A stretch of DNA of 64,000 bases from Clostridia bacterium (GTDB lineage Bacteria > Bacillota > Clostridia > Christensenellales > CAG-917): positions 239,165 through 303,164 of the forward strand of contig JAVVSR010000001.1 in NCBI GenBank assembly GCA_036654095.1. The letters run 5' to 3'. The position numbers were made by a program, and so were the translations under genes. The notes beneath the pieces are model-generated. The model worked only from the letters and a program-made list of their open reading frames with translations, was not told where the DNA came from and searched no databases. Positions 9,161 through 19,520 of the stretch are shown here, piece after piece (the first letter of the stretch is position 1; each line of letters begins with the position of its first letter).

Positions 9161-11485
9161 TTATTTATTCTCGTCGTCATCGGTAAACTTTAGGTCAAAA
9201 CCCTTTAGCAAATCAGCCAAAGTAGCGACACCTGAATCAGATACCCACTCGTGTGGCTCGTCGCTCTTGTTCCTATCGTCGGAACGGTCGCGTCTGCGGT
9301 CATCAGACTTAGTGGGGTCATACTCGAATTTTTTAGTACGAGGAGGACGCGGCGCTTTGGGTTTATTTTCGTTTTCCGAATTATTGTTGTTTGTAACCTT
9401 ATTGTTGTTGTTATTATTTGAAACATTTTGATTAGCAACTGGTTTAGCTTCAACTTCAGGCACGGGCAACAATTCTTTAATACTTAAAGTTATACGATTG
9501 CCTTCAAAACCGATAATTTTTGCAGTAACCTCATCGCCTTCTTTCAAAAGTTCAGATGCTTCTTTAACAAATTTATGAGAAATTTGTGAAACGTGAATTA
9601 AACCGTCAATACCTTCTTCAATTTGGACAAACGCGCCAAACGGATGAATACGAGCAACAGTGCCGGTAATAATTGTACCAACGGGATATTTTTCGGCAGC
9701 AACTTCATAAGGTTTCTTTTGAAGTTGTTTATAGCCAAGTGAAATTTTCCCACTTTCGCGGTCAGCTTTTAACACAACGAAGTCATAAGTTTCACCAATA
9801 GTCAATACGGTAGAAGGGTCGGTAATTTTTTTCCACGATAAATCCGAAACGTGCGCCAAGCAATCATATCCTTTAACGCTAACAAATGCGCCAAATGAAG
9901 CAAAACGCTTAACTTTGCCCTTAACGATTGCGTTAGGAACGATACTAGCCCAAAATTCTTCATCTTTGCTAGCTTTTTCTTCTTCAAGAATAACACGTTG
10001 AGAAGCAGTTACGCGGCGACCATTTTTTTGAAGCATACGCAAACGAAGTTTTTTCTCAAGATAATCCTCAAGATTTTTAACTCGACCAGCGCGAATTTGT
10101 GAACCGGGAATAAATACGGTAAATGCGCCTAATCTGCCTTCAAGACCAACTGGATTGCCTTCTTTGTTTTTAACTATTTTTAGAGGAGGTTCAAGTGTAA
10201 ACTCTTTACTTTCGAATGCTTTTTCAGCAACTTCATCATCTTTCTTAACGAGGTCAATTTCGCGTTTAGAAAGCGTAACATATGTTGAGTCGCCTTTTTT
10301 ATTTATAATTTTGGCTTCAACAATATCGCCGACTTTGAAATCCGCAGGGTTGTAAGGGGTGTCAATATTAACTTCAGATTTGTCAATAAAGCCGTCCTTT
10401 TTGCCACCGATTTCGCAAAAGATACCACTGTCATCAGCGTTGATGATTTTAGCTTTTACGCGTTTACCTTCACGGTATGTAGTAAAGCCAGCGGACTTGT
10501 CGGATGCGATAATGTCATCCATAGTAAGTTCCTTAATGTGTTTGTGTTGAACCTCTGCCTCAGGTAGAACAACGGTAGGCTCCGCAACGGTAGCTGCGGT
10601 AGCAATCTCAACAACTTCATTTTCGGTTGTCTCGAGATTTGTGTTTTGAGTGTCACTCATATAACTTAAAACCTCCTCAATCAACTCTTGCGGAGTCGAT
10701 GCTGCGGCCATAACGGCCAATGTATTAAAATTAATATTAAATAAAGCTGACTTGACATCGGCTAAATTTTCAATAAGAAAAGTATTTCGGCAATTTTTTG
10801 ATGAAATATCAAACAACTTGTTTGCGTTTGAGCTAGTTTTACTGCCAACAACAAAAACGACATCATTTATCTTTGATAATTCAAATGCTTCCGCTTGTCT
10901 TGCCTTTGTAGTATAGCAAATTGTATTAAAAAAAACAACTATTTTATTATAACATATACTACTTATTTGTATATTTTTTACTATATCTTCATATTTTTCC
11001 TCAGAAAATGTGGTTTGCGATACAACGCAATACTTATCCGCTGAACTAAGGTCAATTTTATCGCAGTTACTTATGACTTCCGCGTTGCCATTTGTAAATC
11101 CCAAAACCCCTTGAACCTCGGGGTGGCTCTCCTCGCCGATTATTATAATTTTATAACCTTTTGTAGAATACTCTGAAACAATATCGTGAACTTTTTTAAC
11201 CAACGGACAAGTCGCATCAAAAACTATTGCGCCTCTTTCCAAAAGTTGATTTTTTATGACAGGAGAAACTCCGTGCGCGCGTATTAATACTTTTTCACCC
11301 TTAGAAATAAAACAAGGATTATCAATAGGTTTAATGCCTTCGGCAATTAAATCATTAACAACCCTTTCATTGTGAATTAAAGCGCCTAAAGTATAAATTC
11401 CTCCAACGGAATTAATCCTCGCAATCTCAATAGCATTTTGTACGCCAAAGCAAAATCCAATATTTTTTGCAACGGTTATTTTCAA
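9161..11485 (-). CDS. ispH: Fusion protein: 4-hydroxy-3-methylbut-2-enyl diphosphate reductase (IspH/LytB) plus ribosomal protein S1-like repeats
   Basis: The N-terminal ~280 aa are IspH-like (NIGFCFGV, HNERV, CPLV, SSN). Four S1/OB repeats follow (GxxVxGxV ... G..G.IH.S patterns). The C-terminus is an N-rich then R/D/K-rich tail. Confidence 0.9.
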   Translation of the reverse strand: MKITVAKNIGFCFGVQNAIEIARINSVGGIYTLGALIHNERVVNDLIAEGIKPIDNPCFISKGEKVLIRAHGVSPVIKNQLLERGAIVFDATCPLVKKVHDIVSEYSTKGYKIIIIGEESHPEVQGVLGFTNGNAEVISNCDKIDLSSADKYCVVSQTTFSEEKYEDIVKNIQISSICYNKIVVFFNTICYTTKARQAEAFELSKINDVVFVVGSKTSSNANKLFDISSKNCRNTFLIENLADVKSALFNINFNTLAVMAAASTPQELIEEVLSYMSDTQNTNLETTENEVVEIATAATVAEPTVVLPEAEVQHKHIKELTMDDIIASDKSAGFTTYREGKRVKAKIINADDSGIFCEIGGKKDGFIDKSEVNIDTPYNPADFKVGDIVEAKIINKKGDSTYVTLSKREIDLVKKDDEVAEKAFESKEFTLEPPLKIVKNKEGNPVGLEGRLGAFTVFIPGSQIRAGRVKNLEDYLEKKLRLRMLQKNGRRVTASQRVILEEEKASKDEEFWASIVPNAIVKGKVKRFASFGAFVSVKGYDCLAHVSDLSWKKITDPSTVLTIGETYDFVVLKADRESGKISLGYKQLQKKPYEVAAEKYPVGTIITGTVARIHPFGAFVQIEEGIDGLIHVSQISHKFVKEASELLKEGDEVTAKIIGFEGNRITLSIKELLPVPEVEAKPVANQNVSNNNNNNKVTNNNNSENENKPKAPRPPRTKKFEYDPTKSDDRRRDRSDDRNKSDEPHEWVSDSGVATLADLLKGFDLKFTDDDENK

Positions 11486-12099
11486 TTATTTTTCCCCTCG
11501 GCAATTTTATCAACTTTATTACGCAGGTCATACATCTTACCTTGAATATAACTTGTAGCCTCATCGACTTTGGACCTATCAAAACCAGCTTCTCTCAAGT
11601 CAATCGGCTCACCGACAATTAAGTAATTTCGATGAAACAGTTTGTGCATACGATAATAAAGCATTGGAATAACGGGTTTTCCCGATTTAATGGCAAATGA
11701 CGCTACGCCGTTTTTAAAAGGAGCAAGCTCTTTAGTGCCAGCCTTATTCCGCGTCCCTTCGGGAAAAATCATCATTTTTTTATCTGAATTAAGGACTTTT
11801 AAAACAGCTTTATACGCCCCTATGTCGGGTTCGCCTCGCTTTACGGAAATGCAGCCAATATTTGTCAAAAATTTACTGGCAAAACTTTTTTTAAAAGCTT
11901 CTTCTTTTACCATAACGTGAAGCTCATGTTTGAAGAAGTTGGTAGCAATGATAATGGAATCGGGCGTTGAGTAGTGATTTGAAATTACAATAGCTCCGCC
12001 TTTAGTATCTTTAACATTATTTTTGCCGATAATTTTTGTTGGCCATAGTACTTTTTGTATAAGGTGACAAATAGGCCGTAATGCAGAATATAGTGACAT
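11482..12099 (-). CDS. plsC: 1-acyl-sn-glycerol-3-phosphate acyltransferase
   Basis: Acyltransferase motifs NHYSTPD (HX4D) and FPEGTR are present. Confidence 0.85.
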   Translation of the reverse strand: MSLYSALRPICHLIQKVLWPTKIIGKNNVKDTKGGAIVISNHYSTPDSIIIATNFFKHELHVMVKEEAFKKSFASKFLTNIGCISVKRGEPDIGAYKAVLKVLNSDKKMMIFPEGTRNKAGTKELAPFKNGVASFAIKSGKPVIPMLYYRMHKLFHRNYLIVGEPIDLREAGFDRSKVDEATSYIQGKMYDLRNKVDKIAEGKNN

Positions 12100-12101
12100 A
12101 T

Positions 12102-12764
12102 TTACTCCATTTTGGACAAAACGGTTTTAAGCGCTTCATCAATACTCATAATTGTTGTATCAATAAATACAGCGTCATCAGCTTGCTTTAATGGCGCAAA
12201 GTCGCGATGACTGTCGTTATAATCACGTTTTATAATATCAGTTAAAATATCGTCATATTTCAAATGCTCGCCGCGTTCGGTAAGTTGCAAAAGTCTACGT
12301 TTAGCGCGCTCCTCGGGCATAGCTGTGATATAAAATTTATACCTAGCGTTAGGCAAAACAAAAGTGCCTATATCGCGACCATCTAAAACGACATCATTTT
12401 TTGCCGCAAACTCACGCTGAAGCTCAACCATCTTCATACGAACAGGCGGTAATGCCGAAATATCCGATGCTGCTTTAGAAATTTTATGCTCACGAATATA
12501 TGGCGTAACATTTTCGCCATTAACAATAATTTGTTGTATATCACCACATTCAATGCGCATATCAAGCGTATCCAAAATAGGCATAACATCTATTTCGCTA
12601 GTCACATCAACGCCATTTTTCAGGGCCAGATAAGCAATCCCTCTGTACATTGCGCCAGTATCTAGATAAACAATATTAAGCCTCTTAGAAAGTTCCTTTG
12701 CAATGGTGCTTTTCCCTGCGCCAGCAGGCCCGTCAATAGCTATGTTAAGTCTTTCATTTTTCAT
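12102..12764 (-). CDS. cmk: Cytidylate kinase
   Basis: P-loop IAIDGPAGAGKST, followed by LDTGAMYR and GRDIGT. Confidence 0.92.
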   Translation of the reverse strand: MKNERLNIAIDGPAGAGKSTIAKELSKRLNIVYLDTGAMYRGIAYLALKNGVDVTSEIDVMPILDTLDMRIECGDIQQIIVNGENVTPYIREHKISKAASDISALPPVRMKMVELQREFAAKNDVVLDGRDIGTFVLPNARYKFYITAMPEERAKRRLLQLTERGEHLKYDDILTDIIKRDYNDSHRDFAPLKQADDAVFIDTTIMSIDEALKTVLSKME

Positions 12765-12866
12765 TAACAGAAACTTATCCTTAGTGTTAAATTATTAATA
12801 TATACTATACTAAATTAAAAAATTTTGCAAGCATAAATAATACGTAAATAAAATTTACTAAAATTT

Positions 12867-14081
12867 TTAAACCGATGTACCCGCCAAATAACCTGTTGAA
12901 AAAGCCACTTGTAAATTAAATCCGCCAGTTAGCGCGTCAATATCGATAACTTCGCCAGTAAAATACAAGCCGTCAACAATTTTGCTTTCCATAGTTTTAG
13001 GATTAATTTCTTTAGTAGAAACGCCTCCGCTAGTAATTATAGCATTATTTAATTTATCCAAGCATTTTACAGAAAATACCACATTTTTAAACAAAAACAC
13101 AAGTTTTTCGCGCTGAATTGCGGTAATTTGATTAACTTTTTGTAATGGTTCAATTCCGCTTAGTTTTATAAAAACAGGAATTAGACTTTTTGGCAAAAGC
13201 GAACCTAAGCAGTTTTTAAAATCGCGATTAGTCGTATCGGTAAATTCTCTCAAAAGACGTTGGTCAAGTTGCGCCTCAGACAGCGCGGGTTTTAAATCAA
13301 TTATAATTTTTAAATCGTTTTTATCCAAACGGGTAATTTTACTCGAAAGTGTCAATATTATCGGCCCAGAAAGACTTTTATCGGTAAATAGCATTTCGCC
13401 AAATTCCGAAGCAATTACCTTGTCGCCTCGGACAACAGTTGCCGTTACATTTTTAAGCGAAAGCCCTTCAAGTTCTCCAACCCAGTTTTCTTTTACAAAA
13501 ATCGGACAAAGCGCAGGCAACGGAATGATAATATTATGCCCAAACTTTTTGGCAAACTTGTAGCCATCTCCAGTTGAACCCGTTGACGGATACGACATAC
13601 CACCTGTTGCAATAATAAGTTTATCGCAGGTAAATTCGCCCTTATTCGTTTTTAAATAAAATACATTTTTCAACTTCAAAACGTCATAAACCTCGGTATT
13701 TAAGTGCAATTTCACATTGTTTTCAACACAAAATTGTTGCAATGTATTGATGACATCACTTGACCTATTGCTCGACGGGAAAGCCCTATCTCCGCGTTCG
13801 ATTGTAATGCCTAAACCTTGTTTTTCTAAAAAATCTATCAAGTTATCTGAGGTAAATTTATGAATTGCGCTCATTAAAAACTTAGGATTTGAAACAACAT
13901 TTTCTAAAAATTCAGATGGCAAACAAACATTTGTCACATTACACCTTCCCTTTCCTGTAATGTAAACTTTTTTTCCAAGTTTTTCGTTTTTTTCAATTAG
14001 TGAAACAGTGTTACCATTTCGCGCAGCGAAACCAGCCGCAATCATACCACTTGCGCCACCGCCTATGACTATAACATTCAT
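12867..14081 (-). CDS. NAD(P)/FAD-dependent oxidoreductase, HI0933/BaiN-like flavoprotein
   Basis: N-terminal dinucleotide fold VIVIGGGASGM, ITGKGRCNVTN, and C-terminal GGFNLQ, typical of the HI0933 family. Confidence 0.85.
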   Translation of the reverse strand: MNVIVIGGGASGMIAAGFAARNGNTVSLIEKNEKLGKKVYITGKGRCNVTNVCLPSEFLENVVSNPKFLMSAIHKFTSDNLIDFLEKQGLGITIERGDRAFPSSNRSSDVINTLQQFCVENNVKLHLNTEVYDVLKLKNVFYLKTNKGEFTCDKLIIATGGMSYPSTGSTGDGYKFAKKFGHNIIIPLPALCPIFVKENWVGELEGLSLKNVTATVVRGDKVIASEFGEMLFTDKSLSGPIILTLSSKITRLDKNDLKIIIDLKPALSEAQLDQRLLREFTDTTNRDFKNCLGSLLPKSLIPVFIKLSGIEPLQKVNQITAIQREKLVFLFKNVVFSVKCLDKLNNAIITSGGVSTKEINPKTMESKIVDGLYFTGEVIDIDALTGGFNLQVAFSTGYLAGTSV

Positions 14082-14353
14082 AAATCTCCTAATAAATATA
14101 AGCTAAATATATATAATTATAAGGATAACATAAAAATAAAAAACTAGCAAGCGTATACTATTTAGCTAATGATAGTTTGAAAAATATTTATATAATAAAA
14201 TCAACAGCACAATATAGTTTTTTAATTTAAAAGTAAAATATTTATTAAATATAACATTTTAAAAAAATTAATTTATTATGTAAAAAGTATATAAATTAAT
14301 AAAAATACGGTTTTTTACTTTGATATAATATTACAAAATATAGTTAAAACATA

Positions 14354-14386
14354 TAAAAAAACAGGCTTGCATTTGCGAGCCTGTTT
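14354..14386 (-). terminator. Rho-independent terminator of the decarboxylase operon
   Basis: The stem aaacaggct / agcctgttt (14358-14386) is followed on the minus strand by a U7 run (14355-14361). Confidence 0.8.
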
Positions 14387-14494
14387 AAAAAACTGAATAA
14401 ACTTACTGTACACTTAAAAATAAAAATAAAACAAATTAAGCCAAATTACATCGATTTTTAATAATAATCAAATAATTATTGTAACAATTTAAAA

Positions 14495-15895
14495 TTAAAC
14501 TGGATGTATGTTTTGCGCTTTATCACTTAAAACATTATCAACATCGTGTTTTTTTGCTGCGCGATATTCAAAATATTTTGTCGCAACCTGTGGGAATAGC
14601 GCGTATGACAAAACATCTTCTTCTTGTTCGTAATACTTTTTAACTTCTTCCTTATATTTTTCATATTCAGGAGGAATTAAGTCAGCAGGACGACAAGTTA
14701 TGCGCTCGGTATCGCCTAATACTTTTTTGTAGATATCCATATTAGGTTCAGCTGGCAATGTGCCATATTCGCCGCGTAGCAAGCCTTTTGTTTCCTTGGT
14801 ACACATTTTATAGCGTTCGCCCGAAACAACGTTTAAAACAGCTTGTGTGCCCACTATTTGACTTGTTGGCGTAACTAATGGCGGAAAACCTAAGTCAGCC
14901 CTAACGCGTGGCACTTCAGCCAAAACTTCTAAATATTTATCACTTGCATTTTGTTCCTTAAGTTGGTTAATTAAATTTGAAAGCATACCGCCGGGAACTT
15001 GATAAATAAGCGCGTTTACATCGACAGCTAAAACCTTTTCATTCAGGAAACCATCGGCTTTTAAACGGTCGGCAACTTTTCTAAAATGAACAGCAATTTT
15101 GCTTAACAAGTTTAAGTCAATCCCCGTATCGTATTCAGTGCCACGAAGCGTTGCAACCATAGGTTCGGTTGCGGGTTGGCTTGTGCCGTTTCCCAAAGGA
15201 GAAAGCGCGGTATCAACAATATCGGCTCCGCCCTCAATCCCCTTAAGAATTGTCATATCTCCAGTACCTGAAGTATTATGCGTATGTAAATGCAGCGGTA
15301 AATTGACCTTCTTTTTTATAGCCTTAACTAGTTCATACGCGTTGTATGGCAACAATAGATTTGCCATATCCTTAATACAAATAATATCCGCGCCCATATC
15401 GGCAAGTTTAACAGCTAAGTCAACAAAATATTCATTAGTATGAACGGGGCTTGTTGTATAGCTCATTGCGCATTCGCAAATACCTTTATACTTTTTTGTA
15501 CTGTCAATGGCTTGCTTTAGATTTTTAACGTCGTTAAGCGCGTCAAAAATACGAACAATGTCAATACCGTTTTTGATGCTCATCTTAACAAATTGGTCAA
15601 CTACGTCATCGGCATAATGCTTATATCCTAAAATATTTTGACCTCTAAACAGCATTTGCAATTTAGTATTTGGAATAGCTTTACGCAAAGCGCGCAATCT
15701 TTCCCACGGGTCTTCATTTAAAAATCTTAAGCAGCTGTCAAAAGTAGCGCCTCCCCAACACTCAAGCGAATAGTAACCTACTTGGTCAAGCAAGGAAGCG
15801 ACGGGTAGCATTTCATCAAGACGCATGCGCGTAGCGGCCTGCGATTGATGCGCGTCCCTAAGAATAGTTTCAGTAATTAAAACTTTGCGTGCCAT
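14495..15895 (-). CDS. Oxaloacetate decarboxylase alpha-type carboxyltransferase (5S / pyruvate carboxylase subunit B-like), without a biotinyl domain
   Basis: HMGL-like TIM barrel N-terminus ITETILRDAHQS, metal ligands HLHTHNTSG, and a conserved C-terminal PYC_OADA region. The protein ends without an AMKM biotin domain. Confidence 0.85.
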   Translation of the reverse strand: MARKVLITETILRDAHQSQAATRMRLDEMLPVASLLDQVGYYSLECWGGATFDSCLRFLNEDPWERLRALRKAIPNTKLQMLFRGQNILGYKHYADDVVDQFVKMSIKNGIDIVRIFDALNDVKNLKQAIDSTKKYKGICECAMSYTTSPVHTNEYFVDLAVKLADMGADIICIKDMANLLLPYNAYELVKAIKKKVNLPLHLHTHNTSGTGDMTILKGIEGGADIVDTALSPLGNGTSQPATEPMVATLRGTEYDTGIDLNLLSKIAVHFRKVADRLKADGFLNEKVLAVDVNALIYQVPGGMLSNLINQLKEQNASDKYLEVLAEVPRVRADLGFPPLVTPTSQIVGTQAVLNVVSGERYKMCTKETKGLLRGEYGTLPAEPNMDIYKKVLGDTERITCRPADLIPPEYEKYKEEVKKYYEQEEDVLSYALFPQVATKYFEYRAAKKHDVDNVLSDKAQNIHPV

Positions 15896-15914
15896 AATAA
15901 ATTATCTCCTTTAA

Positions 15915-17120
15915 TTACAATATTGCAAGCAGCACACCGGCAGCGACAGCGCTTCCGATAACACCTGCAACGTTAGGCCCCATCGCGTGCATCAACAAGT
16001 AATTGTCGGGGTCATATTGACGACCAACGTCCTGTGCGACGCGGGCTGCCATAGGAACAGCAGAAACACCTGCCGCGCCGATAAGTGGATTGATTTTCCC
16101 ACCAGAAAGTTTGTTCATAAGTTTGCCTAGTAACACGCCACCTGCTGTGCCAAGCGAAAAAGCAAATACACCTAAGAAAAGAATACCTAAAGTTTTCCAA
16201 GTAAGGAAAACAGGCGCGTACGCTTTGCTACCAACGCAAAGGCCAAGGAAGATTGTAATAATGTTAATTAATTCGTTGCTGGCAGTTTTAGTTAAGCGAG
16301 GGACAACGCCCGACTCTTTCATAATATTGCCTAGCATCAACATACCGATAAGCGGCAATGCTGTTGGCAAAACGATACCAATTACAGCGGTTACGACTAT
16401 TGGAAACATTATTTTTTCTTTTTTAGAAACAGGACGAAGTTGCTCCATTTTAATTAATCGTTCTTTCTTTGTAGTTAGAAGCTTCATTATAGGAGGTTGA
16501 ATTACGGGAACGAGAGCCATATAACTGTATGCCGCAATAGATATTGCCGACAGCAAATCTGGAGCAAGTTTAACAGTAACGTAAATTGCCGTAGGGCCGT
16601 CCGCGCCTCCGATAATGCCAATAGCGCCAGCTTCTTGCGGAGTAAAGCCTAAAAGCAATGCGCCAATAAAGGTTATAAAAATACCAATTTGTGCCGCCGC
16701 GCCTAAAAGCATACTTTTCGGGTTGGCAATTAATGGACCAAAGTCGGTCATTGCGCCAATGCCCAAGAAAATCAATGGCGGAAATATAACTAAGTCAACG
16801 CCCTTGTATAAAAAATATAATAAACCGCCCTTCGCTCCAGTTTCGAGGTTAGGCGCTTCAAATAGAACTTCGTGCGCGCCGGGAATGTTAATTAAAAACA
16901 TACCAAACGCAATGCCTAACAGCAACATCGGTTCGTATTGTTTGACGACTGCCAAATAAACTAAAAAGCAGGCTATTCCCAACATCAGCACTAAGCCCCA
17001 AACTCCAAATATGTAGTTTGCAGGAGTATCTACCATCGGACGGGCAAAACCAGTACTTTCCCAAAGGTTTTTAAGCCATTCAAGTAGGTTACCGCCTTTT
17101 GATAAGGTTGTAATAAACAT
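15915..17120 (-). CDS. Na+-translocating decarboxylase beta subunit (OadB/MmdB/GcdB family)
   Basis: Polytopic membrane protein with family-typical segments [11 protein letters not shown] and [13 protein letters not shown]. Confidence 0.9.
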   Translation of the reverse strand: MFITTLSKGGNLLEWLKNLWESTGFARPMVDTPANYIFGVWGLVLMLGIACFLVYLAVVKQYEPMLLLGIAFGMFLINIPGAHEVLFEAPNLETGAKGGLLYFLYKGVDLVIFPPLIFLGIGAMTDFGPLIANPKSMLLGAAAQIGIFITFIGALLLGFTPQEAGAIGIIGGADGPTAIYVTVKLAPDLLSAISIAAYSYMALVPVIQPPIMKLLTTKKERLIKMEQLRPVSKKEKIMFPIVVTAVIGIVLPTALPLIGMLMLGNIMKESGVVPRLTKTASNELINIITIFLGLCVGSKAYAPVFLTWKTLGILFLGVFAFSLGTAGGVLLGKLMNKLSGGKINPLIGAAGVSAVPMAARVAQDVGRQYDPDNYLLMHAMGPNVAGVIGSAVAAGVLLAIL

Positions 17121-17131
17121 AGTTTTACCCC

Positions 17132-17509
17132 CTATGCGATAACTGCAAGCACATCACCACTTTCTACGTTTGCGCCCTTAGCGACAAGCTGAGTAATAAC
17201 ACCATCAGCAGGTGAACCAATTTCGTGTTCCATTTTCATCGCCTCAATAACGAGGATATTTTGACCCTTTTTAACGGTAGCGCCATTTGGAACTTTAAAT
17301 TCAACAATCATACCGGGTAATGGAGATTTAAATTCAACGCCTGCTGGAGTGGCTTTTTTAGGAGCGGCAACAGGAGCGGGGGAAACCACGGGCGCAGATA
17401 CTTTTGCAGCAGGGGCAACAACAGCCATTGGCTCAGTCGCGCCACCCAAAACTTCTTCAACTTCGACCTCGTAGGCTTGGCCGTTTACTTTAATTTTAAA
17501 ATTACGCAT
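17132..17509 (-). CDS. Biotin carboxyl carrier protein (decarboxylase gamma subunit)
   Basis: Ala/Pro-rich linker followed by a biotinyl domain with the attachment motif EAMKMEHEI. Confidence 0.85.
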   Translation of the reverse strand: MRNFKIKVNGQAYEVEVEEVLGGATEPMAVVAPAAKVSAPVVSPAPVAAPKKATPAGVEFKSPLPGMIVEFKVPNGATVKKGQNILVIEAMKMEHEIGSPADGVITQLVAKGANVESGDVLAVIA

Positions 17510-17511
17510 AA

Positions 17512-17898
17512 CTATATCCTCCTAGAGTTAAACTTTTTTATACTTCTGACAACAAACTTTGCGTCGGAGTTGCCCTCGACCGTACTTTCACTTAATACAA
17601 TACTTAGCGCGCCCATAATGGCAGCTATATCGGCATTGTTTGAAACGCTTTCATTTGCCGATGACACAACACTTTCATCTAATGATAAGTCGGGCGCTAA
17701 AATTTCGGCGGCGGCTTTTTTAGCGGCAGCTTTTTTTACGTCGTGTTTACTTATCAACTCAAGCAGTTTCATAAGGTAAATTAAGGCGGTAAGCAAAATA
17801 AAAACCATCACAATACCAATGGCTGTCACTTGTAAACCAAACAACAACTTATCACCTAGGGATTTACCAACTTCGGTTGCGGCTAAAATATTAATCAT
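17512..17898 (-). CDS. OadG/MmdD-like small membrane subunit of the decarboxylase
   Basis: Single N-terminal TM helix followed by an Ala/Lys-rich linker. Its position between the carboxyltransferase and BCCP matches mmdA-D-C-B operons. Confidence 0.6.
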   Translation of the reverse strand: MINILAATEVGKSLGDKLLFGLQVTAIGIVMVFILLTALIYLMKLLELISKHDVKKAAAKKAAAEILAPDLSLDESVVSSANESVSNNADIAAIMGALSIVLSESTVEGNSDAKFVVRSIKKFNSRRI

Positions 17899-17907
17899 AT
17901 TTCACCT

Positions 17908-19308
17908 CTAACCTTCAAGCATAGCTAGTATGCTTGCAAGATATGGCCTAACTTGCGATGGCTCAATAATATTATCAATAAAGCCGTCTTTTGCCGCAAT
18001 AAACGGATTTCCTTCGCGCTCGGTATAGCTTGAAACAAGTTTCTCGCGCGACTGAATAGGATTTTTAGATGCGCCAATTTCATCGAGATACAAAAAGTTT
18101 ACAGCAGTGTCTGCCGTCAATGGAGCAACCGATGCTCCAGGGAAAGCTACAACATAGTCAAACCCAATACCTTTGCTAGCAAGTAATGCGTAAGATAAGC
18201 CAATAGCGCTTCCATATATAACCGAAATTTTGGGTATTTGACTTAAAGCAATAGATAAAAATGCTTCAGACGCATTTGTAGTAACGCCATCTTGCTCACA
18301 TTTTAAACAAGGTTTTGCACCTAAACTATCAACCAATGAAACAAGCGGAATTTGAAAATTATCTAACAAATTTGTAAACGTTTTAATTTTTTTATAAGCC
18401 TTAAATCCAAGTTTCCCACCGTCAAGACTTCCGTCGGTTGCAACAATACCAACGCTTATGCCGTTAATCCTTGCAAGCGCAGTAACAACCTCTTTAGCTG
18501 ACTCATTGTTCAATGAAATATAATCGCCATTGTCGCAAGTAGCTTTCAATAAACTTTCAAGCGAAACTTCGTTATTTAAAGTTTTTGTCGCGCGGTTTGC
18601 GTCATCTTCTGACGGAAGATTGCCCGACAATATACCAAAAATTTCACATAATTTTGTTTTTAGGTCAGAAATCCCACTGTAAGCCAATGTAGACACGCCA
18701 TTTCTGCACGAATTTAACGCGCCAAACAAGTCTTTAGTTGGTAATTTTTCATCTGATTTAGCAGCCACAACATTTGGAGAGCTTAAACTAATCATACCAT
18801 CTTTACCGTCAATAAGCACTATATCGGCAAGGCCGGCATATGCGCTCATAAGCCCTACTGACGAGCCTTTGATAACAGCGATGTGAGGTATATTTCCCTT
18901 CATTTCCGATGCAGCTTTGATAAGTTTTGCATATCCCTCAAGAACACCGACGCCTTCGCCTAAGCGCGCGCCAGCGCTGTCAATGACCGATATAAACGGC
19001 GTACCCGTTTTAATAGCCATTTTAATGCATTTCTCAATTTTGTTGGCCTGAGCAATACTCATACTGCCCTTCATAACCTCAAAATTTTGAACAAAAATAT
19101 AGACAGGCATATCCGCTAACGTCGCGTAACCTGTCAACACTCCTTCCCCCTGCGCCTCTGTTCCGTCCAAAAAGCCTAGTCCTGCGGCAAAAGCATCGGT
19201 TTCAACAAAAGATTTTTTGTCAACAATACCCTCGATGAAAGCTCGAACGCTTTTCGTGGCTTCGGTCAGCTTCGCCGAGTTATCCTTTAGCCTTGAAATA
19301 ATGTCCAT
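17908..19308 (-). CDS. Acyl-CoA carboxyltransferase (MmdA/GcdA-like alpha subunit), divergent
   Basis: Two-domain carboxyltransferase with DSAGARLGEGVGVLEGY in the N-domain. The C-domain oxyanion region is diverged (YGSAIGLSY). The start was set at MDIISRL (ATG 19306-19308), which has an aggagg SD upstream. Confidence 0.75.
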   Translation of the reverse strand: MDIISRLKDNSAKLTEATKSVRAFIEGIVDKKSFVETDAFAAGLGFLDGTEAQGEGVLTGYATLADMPVYIFVQNFEVMKGSMSIAQANKIEKCIKMAIKTGTPFISVIDSAGARLGEGVGVLEGYAKLIKAASEMKGNIPHIAVIKGSSVGLMSAYAGLADIVLIDGKDGMISLSSPNVVAAKSDEKLPTKDLFGALNSCRNGVSTLAYSGISDLKTKLCEIFGILSGNLPSEDDANRATKTLNNEVSLESLLKATCDNGDYISLNNESAKEVVTALARINGISVGIVATDGSLDGGKLGFKAYKKIKTFTNLLDNFQIPLVSLVDSLGAKPCLKCEQDGVTTNASEAFLSIALSQIPKISVIYGSAIGLSYALLASKGIGFDYVVAFPGASVAPLTADTAVNFLYLDEIGASKNPIQSREKLVSSYTEREGNPFIAAKDGFIDNIIEPSQVRPYLASILAMLEG

Positions 19309-19421
19309 TAAGACCTCCTTTAACTTGTTTCGGTACATAAATTATATAATAGAACTTAGGGTTTTGCAACTTAATATACAAACTTAGTGGTTTGTTAAAT
19401 TATAGACTATTTTAAATAAAT

Positions 19422-19449
19422 AAAAAAACGGCAGAATCTGCCGTTTTTT
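19422..19449. terminator. Bidirectional Rho-independent terminator
   Basis: The stem cggca (19429-19433) with tgccg (19439-19443) is flanked by A7 and T6 runs. It lies just downstream of rluB on the minus strand. Confidence 0.8.
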
Positions 19450-19520
19450 ATGCATAAAGCTATCATTACTTGCTAAATTTCAAAAATATTTAAAATTCAA
19501 TTTTCGATTTTAAATTTTTG

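Noticed and set aside
14082-14494. A 413-nt AT-rich intergenic region, considered as a possible sRNA or small-protein locus.
   Set aside because: Apart from the operon terminator at 14354-14386, it is nearly pure A/T with no stable structure, no SD-ATG pair and no ORF. It is most simply a promoter and spacer region for the flavoprotein gene.
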